Source: an uncultured Acidobacteriota bacterium (GTDB taxonomy: Bacteria > Acidobacteriota > Vicinamibacteria > Vicinamibacterales > JAFNAJ01). From it: 64,000 nt of DNA. The position numbers were made by a program, and so were the translations under genes. The stretch spans positions 99,693-163,692 of the forward strand of contig CAVONI010000003.1 in assembly GCA_963697285.1 (NCBI GenBank). The letters are read 5' to 3'. Position 1 is the first letter of the stretch. Every line of letters starts with the position of its first letter. The notes below the pieces were generated by a model that searched no databases, was not told the DNA's origin, and worked only from the letters and a program-made list of their open reading frames with translations. Positions 54,888 through 64,000 of the stretch are shown piece after piece.

Positions 54888-56675
54888 CTACTTGATGGTC
54901 TCGCGCACCACCTCTTCAATCGTGGTCACGCCGTCGCCGATCTTGCGCACGCCGCTGCGCCGAAGCGTGATCATCCCGGTCTCGATGGCCTTGCGCCGGA
55001 GTTCGAGGCCCGACGCGCCCACCAGAATCAGCTCGCGGAGTTCCTCGGTGACGTCCATCACCTCGTACAGGCCCACGCGCCCCTTGTAGCCCGTGCCGTT
55101 GCACCGGTCGCAGCCGGCGCCCTTCATCGGCGTGACGCCCTGCGCCTCGTCGGCCGTGAAGCCCACGTCGAGGAGCGCCTGCGGGGGCACCGGGTGCGGC
55201 TGCTTGCAGTGGGTGCAGATGCGGCGCACGAGGCGCTGCGCGCAGATCAGGTTCACCGAGCTCGCCACCAGGAACGGCTCGATGCCCATGTTCATCAGCC
55301 GGCTGATGGTGCTCGGGGCGTCGTTCGTGTGCAGCGTCGAGAGCACGAGGTGCCCGGTGAGCGCCGCCTTCACGGCGATTTCGGCCGTCTCGAAGTCGCG
55401 GATCTCGCCGACGAGGATGATGTTCGGATCCTGGCGCAGGAACGACCGCAGGGCCGCGGCGAAACTCAGGCCAATCGAGTCGCGCACCAGGACCTGGTTG
55501 ACGCCCTGCAGGTTGAACTCGACCGGATCCTCGGCCGTCATGATGTTCGTCTCGGACGTGTTGATCTTCGAGATCGCCGAGTACAGCGTGTTCGTCTTGC
55601 CGCTGCCGGTCGGCCCGGTCACCAGCACCATCCCCCACGGCTTGTTGATCTGCGCCTCGAACTTCGCCAGCGACTCGGCCTCGAACCCGAGCTTGGTCAT
55701 GTCGAGCATCAACTTGTCGCGGTCGAGCAGGCGAAGCACGATCTTCTCGCCGAAGAGCGTCGGCAACGTCGAGACGCGGAAGTCGATCTCCTTCGACTGC
55801 CCGTTGTCGTTGATGCGGAGCTTGATGCGCCCGTCCTGCGGGAGGCGCTTCTCGGCGATGTCGAGCTTCGCCATGATCTTGATGCGCGACGAGATCGCGT
55901 CGCGGTGCTTCATCGGCGGCGACATGATGTTGTAGAGGATGCCGTCGATCCGGAAGCGCACGCGGAACTCGCGCTCGTACGGCTCGATGTGGATGTCGCT
56001 GGCCCCCTTGTGGATGGCCGACATGAGCACGAGGTTGACGAGCCGGATGACCGGCGCCTCGCCGCTCTGGCGCTCGAGCGCCGCGACGTCGAGTTCCTCG
56101 AGCTCGCCGAGCACCTCGACGTCGCCATCCGGGTCGTCGAGCGGCATCTCCTCGAGTGCGCGGGTCGCCGCGTCGAGCATCGACGGCCCAGGCGCCGGGG
56201 CGGCGGGCGCCGCCGACGTGTAGCGGGGCGTCGGGGTCGTCGACTGCCCCGGCGCGCCGTAGTACTTCGCGATCCCCCCGAGAACGGCCGTCTCCGACGC
56301 CACGACCGGTTCGACGTTGTAGCCCGTCATGAACTTGATGTCGTCCATGGCGAACACGTTCGTCGGATCGGTCATCGCGATCGTGAGCGTCGCGCCCGAC
56401 CGGTTGATCGGCAGGATCTGGTACTTCTGGGCCGTGTCGGCCGGGATGAGCTTGATGACGTGCGGGTCGATGTCGAACTGCGTGAGGTTGATGGCCGGGA
56501 CGCCGTACTGCTTGCTGAGCAACGCCGTGACGTCTTCGTCGCTGACGTACCCCAGCTTCACCAGGTTGAAGCCGAGCCTTCCCCCATGCGCCTTCTGGTA
56601 GGTCAGCGCTTCCTGGAGCTGCTGGGGACTGATCTTCTTCTCTTTGAGCAGAAGCTCGCCGATGCGAACGGCCAT
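54888..56675 (-). CDS. pilB: type IV pilus assembly ATPase PilB (GspE family)
   Basis: N-terminal T2SSE_N domain (IGELLLKEKKISPQQLQEAL), Walker A GPTGSGKTNT, TGHLVLSTLHTN and the tetracysteine motif CTHC...CDRCNGTGYKGR. The start ATG at 56675 is internal to the track ORF. Confidence 0.9.
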   Translation of the reverse strand: MAVRIGELLLKEKKISPQQLQEALTYQKAHGGRLGFNLVKLGYVSDEDVTALLSKQYGVPAINLTQFDIDPHVIKLIPADTAQKYQILPINRSGATLTIAMTDPTNVFAMDDIKFMTGYNVEPVVASETAVLGGIAKYYGAPGQSTTPTPRYTSAAPAAPAPGPSMLDAATRALEEMPLDDPDGDVEVLGELEELDVAALERQSGEAPVIRLVNLVLMSAIHKGASDIHIEPYEREFRVRFRIDGILYNIMSPPMKHRDAISSRIKIMAKLDIAEKRLPQDGRIKLRINDNGQSKEIDFRVSTLPTLFGEKIVLRLLDRDKLMLDMTKLGFEAESLAKFEAQINKPWGMVLVTGPTGSGKTNTLYSAISKINTSETNIMTAEDPVEFNLQGVNQVLVRDSIGLSFAAALRSFLRQDPNIILVGEIRDFETAEIAVKAALTGHLVLSTLHTNDAPSTISRLMNMGIEPFLVASSVNLICAQRLVRRICTHCKQPHPVPPQALLDVGFTADEAQGVTPMKGAGCDRCNGTGYKGRVGLYEVMDVTEELRELILVGASGLELRRKAIETGMITLRRSGVRKIGDGVTTIEEVVRETIK

Positions 56676-56821
56676 CCGGGTCCTGATCCTCGGTCGTGTG
56701 GGTCGAATCTCGACGCGCCCCGTGCGCCCCACCCGCGCACCGTGTGCGAGAGGCGTGCCGCGAGGCAGGTGACGTCCCACCGCAAAATCGACGGATCCGG
56801 GGCCGGCATGAGCCCGAGTGA

Positions 56822-56848
56822 CGAAAACTGTCGTTTCCGCGGGAAACG
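56822..56848 (-). terminator. small hairpin plus T-run after the OMP gene
   Basis: Minus-strand reading: CGTTTCC-CGC-GGAAACG followed by ACAGTTTTCG, about 47 nt after the stop. Confidence 0.4.
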
Positions 56849-56894
56849 CCAGGTGCCAGGCGCCCCCGAGGAGGCGAGGCGGAATCGGCTGGTG

Positions 56895-57900
56895 TCAGTA
56901 CAGGAGGCGGCCCGACACCGAGAAACCTCGGTCGGCGAGGCGGCCGCCGACGGTCGCGTGGACGTCGATGTAGGTGAGGCTCCTGACGGCGACCGAAAGA
57001 CCGGCCGAAGCGGACGGACGGCCGTCGTCGATGGTGTGCGCGCGTGCCCCCATCCGGACGGCGAACCGGCGGGCGGCACTCACCCAGTACTCCCCGCCCG
57101 CGGCGACGGCCCGTCGACGACCGTCGAGGCCCTCGGTGACGGTGAGGTCGGCGTCGACAGCAAGGGTCAGGCGGTCGAGGGGCAGGAAGGCGACGCCGGC
57201 GCGGGCCTGCCGATCGAGCTGGACGCGCCGACCAGACCGTGCCGTGAACGTCGGCGCGGCCAGGTTCCTGCCCACCACGCCCATCCGCCAGCGCCCGCGG
57301 TCGATCATGAGACCTGCGTCCACGTCGGCGGCGGTGTGGCTGTCGGCGCCGTCGGCCGACGACTCCCAGGTATCGGCGACGGTCTCGCCCGCCGCCACCG
57401 GCATCGGGTCGGCAGAGACCTGCCCCCTGACCAGCTTCACGGCTGCGCCGACGTGGATGCCGTCGGCCAGCGAGTGCACCAGCGTCACGACGTAGTTGTC
57501 GGTGACCAGGGTCGAGACGTCGCGCACCACGACGGGGCCTCCGGCCACCGGTGGGACGACGGCCGTGCCCGCCGCGGCGGCATCGACAGACAGGCGGTAG
57601 TACCCAAGGCCGAATGGCGGGATGCCGAAGGCCACGAACGTACCCGCCCTGCGGCCGCGCGGCTCGAGCAGGGCCGGTTCGCCGGCATCGCCGTTCTCCA
57701 GGCGCCCGTAGTCGATGACGACGCTCGCGAATGCGCCGCTGGCGAGCCCGGCGGGATTCCAGTAGATCGCCGAGGCATCGTCGGCCACGGCGACGAACGC
57801 GCCGCCCATCCCGAGTGCGCGCGTCCCGACCGATTCGACCGGTTGGGCGCCCGCCGACGACGCGACATTTGCGACCGCAAGAAAGACCAGCAAGACACGA
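56895..57900 (-). CDS. outer-membrane beta-barrel protein (FadL/PorV-like N-terminal motif)
   Basis: GTRALGMGGAFVAVADDASAIYWNPAGLA motif after a signal-like VLLVFLAVANVASSAGAQ, with terminal ...VSGRLLY. The true start is unresolved: no in-frame ATG sits near the signal peptide, a TTG around 57885-57900 is possible, and the track ORF runs up to 58022. Confidence 0.55.
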
Positions 57901-57929
57901 AAACCCGTCGCGCTGAGTCGAATTGGGCG

Positions 57930-57950
57930 AATTGGGGTCAGACCCCAATT
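57930..57950. promoter_or_regulatory. perfect 21-bp palindrome aattggggtc-a-gaccccaatt
   Basis: Read directly from the sequence. A partial half-site repeat (gaattggg, 57920-57927) precedes it. It lies in the divergent region between the OMP gene and the Yip1 gene. Confidence 0.5.
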
Positions 57951-58159
57951 GCGCCAACTGCGCCGGCGGGGGGTAGGTGACAACTGTGGGAGGCAGGGCC
58001 GGGCGAGCATGCCATCGAGCATAACCCGGCGGCGTGGCCGACCCTGCAGAACAGACCCACGGCTGCGCTCGTATATGGGCGCGTGGGATAGAATCGGGGG
58101 CCAACGTGTCTCGCGCGGGGATCAGCCCCGCGCTCCCCCTCCTCGCGGTTCACGCCACC

Positions 58160-58894
58160 ATGACTACACCAGCAGCGGTCCCGGTGCCTGCGGCACCTCC
58201 CATGTCCTTCCCCGCGCGGGTCATCGGCATTCTCACGGCACCTCGCGCCACCTTCCAGAGCGTCGTGGCGAACCCCAGCTGGGTCGCCCCCCTGCTCCTG
58301 GTCGTCGTGGTCGTCGCCGGCGCGAACTTCCTGTTCCTGAGGACGCCGGTGGGCCAGGAGGCCATGCTCGAGCAGCAGGTCTCGACCATGGAGTCGTTCG
58401 GGGCGCAGGTCAGCGACCAGCAGTACGCGGCAATGAAGGCCCAGGCGGCCTATTCCCCGTACATCCAGGCCGCCAGCATCCTCGTCATCAGCCCGCTGTT
58501 CCTGGTGATCATCACCGGGATCCTGCACGGCGTGTTCTCGGGCCTGCTGGGCGGAAGCGCGACGTTCAAGCAGTCGCTGGCGGTCGTGGCTCACGCCGGC
58601 ATCGTGAACGTCCTGCAGGCGCTGTTCTCGACCCCGCTCAACTACGTGCGCGGGTCGATGAGCAGCGCGACCAACCTGTCGGTCTTCTTCCCGTTCCTGC
58701 CCGAGGGGAGCTTCCTGGCCAACTTCCTCGGCACCATCGACCTGTTCGTGCTGTGGTGGATCCTGGTGCTGGCCATCGGGCTCTCGGTGCTCTTCCGTCG
58801 CAAGACCGCGTCGATTGTGATCGGGCTCGGCAGCGTCTACATCATCATCGCCTTGGCGATCGCGGCCATCAAGGCCGCCATGGGGAATGCGTAA
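58160..58894 (+). CDS. Yip1-domain membrane protein
   Basis: Five predicted TM segments with a Yip1-like N-terminal region (RVIGILTAPRATFQSV...). ATG at 58160. The stop abuts the next start (TAAATG). Confidence 0.75.
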   Translation: MTTPAAVPVPAAPPMSFPARVIGILTAPRATFQSVVANPSWVAPLLLVVVVVAGANFLFLRTPVGQEAMLEQQVSTMESFGAQVSDQQYAAMKAQAAYSPYIQAASILVISPLFLVIITGILHGVFSGLLGGSATFKQSLAVVAHAGIVNVLQALFSTPLNYVRGSMSSATNLSVFFPFLPEGSFLANFLGTIDLFVLWWILVLAIGLSVLFRRKTASIVIGLGSVYIIIALAIAAIKAAMGNA

Positions 58895-60274
58895 ATGACG
58901 ACCGGGAAGAAGGTCATGATCGGGGTGGGCGTCGTGCTGCTCGGCGCAGCCGTGGTGGCGGCCAACCTGTACTACAAGAAGGCCGACGGCAAGATCGTGG
59001 CGGTCGAGGCCATCAAGAAGCGCGACCTCGAGTCGATCGTCTCCGCCTCCGGAAAGATCCAGGCCAAGACGCAGGTCAACATCAGCGCCGACACGATGGG
59101 CCGCGTCACCGAGCTCGCGGTCGAGGAAGGCGACGTGGTCAAGCGGGGCCAGTTCCTCATGCAGATCGACCCGCGCAACCTGCAGAGCAATTTCCAGCGC
59201 GGCGAGGCCGGGGTGGCGGCCGCCGAGGCTACGCTGAACCAGCTGCGCAACAGCATCGAGACCGCCCGCGAGAACCTGAAGCTGGCGCAGGACAACCTGA
59301 AGCGTCAGCGCGACCTCTGGAGCGATCAGCTCACGACCCGCGAGGCGCTGCAGAAGTCCGAGAGCGAGGCCGCCGTTCGCGAGCGCGAGGTCGAGGATCG
59401 GCTCGCCCAGGTCCGCACGCAGGAGGCGCGCATCCGCCAGGAGCGCGCGGCGCTCAGCAGCGCGCGCTACGACCTCAGCAAGGTGCGCATCGAGTCGCCC
59501 ATCGACGGCATCGTCACGCGCCGCAACATCGAGCAGGGCGAGACGGTCGTCATCGGGACGATGAACAACGCCGGCACGGTGCTGCTGACGGTTGCCGACA
59601 TGTCGATCATCGAGGCCGAGGTCGAGGTCGACGAGACCGACATTCCCTTCGTCAAGATCGGGCAGGTCGCGAAGATCACGATCGACGCGATGCCCGACAA
59701 GGAGTTCACGGGCAAGGTGACCGAGATCGGCAACAGCCCCATCCAGGTCACGTCGGCCGCCGCGGGCCAGCAGGCCACGAACTTCAAGGTGGTCGTGACC
59801 ATCGACGGGCAGATCGAGGGCGTGCGCCCCGGCTTCACGTGCACCGCGTCGATCACGACCGACACCCGCACGCAGGTGAGCTCGGTGCCGATCGCGGCCA
59901 TGGTCGTCCGTGAGATGATCGTCGACGACAAGGGCGAGATCGTGCGGCAGAAACGCGACGAGAAGACCGGGCGCCCGGCGACGACCGCGCCGGGTCCGAA
60001 CGACGACCTGCCCGCCGGCCAGTCACGCAAGGAACTCGAGGGCGTGTTCCTGATGAAGGACAACGCCGCGGTGTTCGTCCCGGTCAAGACCGGCATCGCC
60101 GGCGAGCGCTTCTTCGAGGTGCTCTCTGGCCTCAAGGACGGCGACCAGGTGATCACCGGCCCGTTCAACTCGGTGCGTGACCTCAAGGATGGTGACAAGG
60201 TCCGGCTCGATCCCGCCGCCGCGAAGGCCGCCAAGGACGGTGCGGGGTCGGGCGTCTCGGTCAGGGTCAGCTAG
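58895..60274 (+). CDS. efflux periplasmic adaptor (MacA/HlyD family)
   Basis: N-terminal TM anchor, lipoyl-like segments (GRVTELAVEEGDVVKRGQFLMQID ... SPIDGIVTRRNIEQGE) and a long coiled coil. Confidence 0.85.
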   Translation: MTTGKKVMIGVGVVLLGAAVVAANLYYKKADGKIVAVEAIKKRDLESIVSASGKIQAKTQVNISADTMGRVTELAVEEGDVVKRGQFLMQIDPRNLQSNFQRGEAGVAAAEATLNQLRNSIETARENLKLAQDNLKRQRDLWSDQLTTREALQKSESEAAVREREVEDRLAQVRTQEARIRQERAALSSARYDLSKVRIESPIDGIVTRRNIEQGETVVIGTMNNAGTVLLTVADMSIIEAEVEVDETDIPFVKIGQVAKITIDAMPDKEFTGKVTEIGNSPIQVTSAAAGQQATNFKVVVTIDGQIEGVRPGFTCTASITTDTRTQVSSVPIAAMVVREMIVDDKGEIVRQKRDEKTGRPATTAPGPNDDLPAGQSRKELEGVFLMKDNAAVFVPVKTGIAGERFFEVLSGLKDGDQVITGPFNSVRDLKDGDKVRLDPAAAKAAKDGAGSGVSVRVS

Positions 60275-60281
60275 CGCTGCG

Positions 60282-61508
<1,227 letters not shown>

Positions 61509-61511
61509 CCC

Positions 61512-62786
61512 ATGGCATTCCGGACCGGCCTGCTCGGCGAAGTCCTGCGGATGGCGCTCGACACCCTGCGCAGCAACAAGCTGCGCTCGGCGCTCACCAT
61601 CCTCGGCGTGGTCATCGGCGTCACCTCGATCGTCGGGATGACCTCGCTCGTCCGCGGGTTCGGTGACCAGCTCCAGGAACTCATCCGCCAGATGGGCGCC
61701 GACAGCGTCTACGTCTCGAAGATGAGCATCAGCTCGTTCGCCTCGGGCAAGAGCTTCCTCGAGATCCTGAAACGGCCCAACATCTCGGAGGCCGACGCCA
61801 AGGCGATCAAGGAGCAGGCCTCGTCGGCCGGCATCGTGACCGCGCAGCTCGGGGGAGGGCCAGGCGCCGAGCTCCAGCGGCTGAACTACGGCCGCCAGGC
61901 GACCAAGCGGATGGCCATCGTCGGCGTCGACGCCAACTGGGCCGAGATCAACTACATCAAGCTCGAGGCAGGACGCTTCATCAGCGAGTTCGAAGTCCAG
62001 CGGCGCCGCGACGTCGTCGTGCTGGGGAACGCGCCGGCGAACGTCCTCTTCCCCGCCACCGACGCCGTGGGCAAGAAGGTGCGCCTCGCGGGCAAGGAAT
62101 TCACCGTCGTCGGCGTGCTCGGCAAGCGCCCGAGCGCGCTGGGCGGCAACCCCGACGAGTTCGCCGTCATCCCGATCTCGACCTACGACAAGATGTTCCA
62201 GGCGCCCCGCATGGCGGGCTTCCTGATGCGCTTCGTCATGATCGGGGTCGTGCCGCGCGAGGGCGCCACACGCGAGATGCTGGTCAAGGAAGTCGAGGAA
62301 GTCATGCGGGCGAGGCACCGCCTGCGCCTCGACCAGGAGAACGACTTCGACCTCCTCACCTCGGATTCGGTGCAAGGCATCGTCAACCAGTTGACGCAGG
62401 CCGTGGCGCTGGCGCTGATCGTGATTTCGTCGATCGCCCTCATGGTCGGCGGGATCGGCGTGATGGCCATCATGACCATCAGCGTCACCGAACGCACGCG
62501 CGAGATTGGCGTGCGCAAGGCCCTCGGCGCGCGGCGCCGCGAGATCCTCACGCAGTTCCTCGTCGAGGCCGTCTTCCTGACGTCCGTCGGCGGCTTGCTC
62601 GGCATCCTGTTCGGCAGCGCCATCGGGCTCTCGATCAACTACTTCGCCGGCTTCCCCGTCTCGCTGCCACTGTGGTCGTTCGCCCTCGGGATCGGCTTCT
62701 CGGCCACCGTCGGCATCTTCTTCGGCATGTGGCCGGCCGTGAAGGCCGCCAAGCTCGACCCCATCGAGGCCCTCAGGTACGAATAG
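61512..62786 (+). CDS. MacB-like ABC transporter permease (second copy)
   Basis: [23 protein letters not shown]..., ...[20 protein letters not shown]..., C-terminus [18 protein letters not shown]. Confidence 0.85.
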   Translation: MAFRTGLLGEVLRMALDTLRSNKLRSALTILGVVIGVTSIVGMTSLVRGFGDQLQELIRQMGADSVYVSKMSISSFASGKSFLEILKRPNISEADAKAIKEQASSAGIVTAQLGGGPGAELQRLNYGRQATKRMAIVGVDANWAEINYIKLEAGRFISEFEVQRRRDVVVLGNAPANVLFPATDAVGKKVRLAGKEFTVVGVLGKRPSALGGNPDEFAVIPISTYDKMFQAPRMAGFLMRFVMIGVVPREGATREMLVKEVEEVMRARHRLRLDQENDFDLLTSDSVQGIVNQLTQAVALALIVISSIALMVGGIGVMAIMTISVTERTREIGVRKALGARRREILTQFLVEAVFLTSVGGLLGILFGSAIGLSINYFAGFPVSLPLWSFALGIGFSATVGIFFGMWPAVKAAKLDPIEALRYE

Positions 62787-62845
62787 GGGCGGGCCGCCGT
62801 GCGACGGCCGAACTGGGCTGACCGCTCGGACACGCGCTTCCGCTC

Positions 62846-63610
62846 TTAGCCACGGCCGCTCGCAAATTCCCCTGTGAGCTTGTGGGTAATCTCCTGGGCA
62901 GCGGCGAGCACGATTGGCCGCATCGACTCGAGCCACTTCCGGTTCCTCCGCGAAATGGGAGCCGAAATCGACAGAACGCCGATGAACTTGCCGTCAATCC
63001 CGAATACCGGAGATGACACGCCGCAGAGTTCCGGGTCGCGTTCAGCCCACGTGGTGCACACGCGCTCGGCACGAATGCGGTCGTCCTCGCGGTGCCGTGG
63101 GTCTGCAAATGCGCGAATCATGCGGCCCGTCGAACCGCCCGTGTCAAAGGGCAACCGGCTGCCGATGTGCGTATGGACCCTCACGGAGCGTTGCGGTTCC
63201 GCCCGGAAGATGCAGAGCCGCGCGTCAGGAGGATTCCCCACGGGAACCCAGAACGACACGCTCTCGCCGACCTCGACAGAGAGCGCGTCGAGCACGGGCG
63301 GCAGCAACTGCTGGAGGTGCAGCTCGCTGTTGAACAGCATGCCCACGCGCCACGCCTGGGCGCCAATGCGATAGAGCCCCTCGTCGTCGCGATCGATGAA
63401 CCCCAGCGCCTCGAGCGACACCAGCAGCCGGAGGACCGTGCTCTTGTTCAGTCCCGTGCGGATTGCGAGCCCGCTGAGCGTCAGCACCGGTGTGCGATGA
63501 TCGAACGCGCTCAGGATGCGGAGCCCGCGCTCGAGCGCGGTGACGCCGCCGCGGGCCTTCGCTTCGTTGGCTTCAGCAGATGGCGAATGTTCGTCGACCC
63601 TTACCTTCAT
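62846..63610 (-). CDS. IclR-family transcriptional regulator
   Basis: N-terminal wHTH (ALERGLRILSAF...LSGLAIRTGLNKSTVLRLLVSLEALGFI) and a C-terminal IclR effector-binding domain. Confidence 0.85.
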   Translation of the reverse strand: MKVRVDEHSPSAEANEAKARGGVTALERGLRILSAFDHRTPVLTLSGLAIRTGLNKSTVLRLLVSLEALGFIDRDDEGLYRIGAQAWRVGMLFNSELHLQQLLPPVLDALSVEVGESVSFWVPVGNPPDARLCIFRAEPQRSVRVHTHIGSRLPFDTGGSTGRMIRAFADPRHREDDRIRAERVCTTWAERDPELCGVSSPVFGIDGKFIGVLSISAPISRRNRKWLESMRPIVLAAAQEITHKLTGEFASGRG

Positions 63611-63794
63611 GGACCTTCCTGATCAACTCATCCGGCCGCGGGGCGAATCGGCCGCTGAGGCACCGCGCGGCAATCCATTGCCATTTCGGTACGTGGAACG
63701 GCCTTGCGCTAGGCACAATAAGGTGCGGTCACGTTGGCGTCAAGCCAGCTTGGCCGTTCGGTCGTGGCCCGGCACGCCTCACCGGCGCGTGTGG

Positions 63795-64000
63795 TCAGGG
63801 ACTGCCGGGCAGTTCCATGGCAGGAGCGACCATTCCCGACCAGAACACCTTCTCGCTGCCTGCGTCGACGTCGTAGCGGCGTACGTGCCGCAGCGACCCG
63901 TCGGCAGCAATCGAGAACACGGCCAGGTTCGCAGGCGTCATCGTCAGCTGGTCGCCGTGCCTGACCAGCAGCGGCGTCGAGTTGGCGACCACCAGCATGC
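63795..64000 (-). CDS. 3' end of a CDS continuing beyond the window, possibly a beta-propeller lactonase-family protein
   Basis: The ORF is open to the window edge. ...LLVVANST...LAVFSIAADGSLRHV... weakly resembles lactonase-propeller blades. Assignment is tentative. Confidence 0.35.
   Translation of the reverse strand, partial: MLVVANSTPLLVRHGDQLTMTPANLAVFSIAADGSLRHVRRYDVDAGSEKVFWSGMVAPAMELPGSP

Noticed and set aside
56848-56865. TGGCAC (minus strand, + coordinates 56853-56858) as a sigma-54 -24 element upstream of pilB.
   Set aside because: The sequence at the -12 position is GTTTC, not TTGC(A/T). The segment is better explained as the 5' flank of a small terminator hairpin after the OMP gene.

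Overview
High-GC bacterial chromosomal segment (by eye about two-thirds G+C). The gene content looks like Acidobacteriota: an ADOP-type duplicated FtsX permease, two CarboxypepD_reg-type TonB-dependent receptor-like proteins, PEP-CTERM proteins, an ECF sigma / Ser-Thr kinase pair and several MacAB-like modules. I call about 45 protein-coding genes. I recognised no rRNA, tRNA, CRISPR array, transposase, integrase, phage or classical defence genes, so this is a housekeeping/accessory-metabolism region rather than a mobile island. Order along the window: lipoprotein; TonB-like receptor; membrane-fused spermidine-synthase-like/TPR protein; two tandem paralogous ~745-aa secreted proteins of unknown function (one frame-broken); CocE/NonD peptidase; alpha/beta hydrolase; TrpB2; ADOP permease; ECF sigma + Ser/Thr kinase + serine hydrolase; MacA-ATPase-MacB operon; DDAH-like enzyme + amino-acid antiporter; PEP-CTERM protein; a four-gene B12 methyltransferase operon; PEP-CTERM protein, large PKD protein and an unknown secreted protein; second TonB-like receptor; Hcy S-methyltransferase; monoheme-cytochrome/beta-barrel fusion + pentaheme cytochrome; DinB; pilR-pilS-pilC-pilT-pilB; FadL/PorV-like OMP; Yip1 + MacA + two FtsX permeases; IclR regulator; lactonase fragment. 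Best candidates for something undescribed: (1) the operon at 32182-35920, where a non-Pyl MttB-family methyltransferase sits with three stand-alone MetH-type modules (Hcy-binding, B12-binding, reactivation), which suggests a cobalamin-dependent quaternary-amine:homocysteine methyl transfer; (2) a Cyc2/Cyt572-like cytochrome-porin fusion translationally adjacent to a pentaheme cytochrome at 45837-48397. A recurring technical or biological oddity: six otherwise intact genes are each split by a single extra nucleotide. The window also carries a REP-like GC-rich hairpin family and several palindromic intergenic elements.
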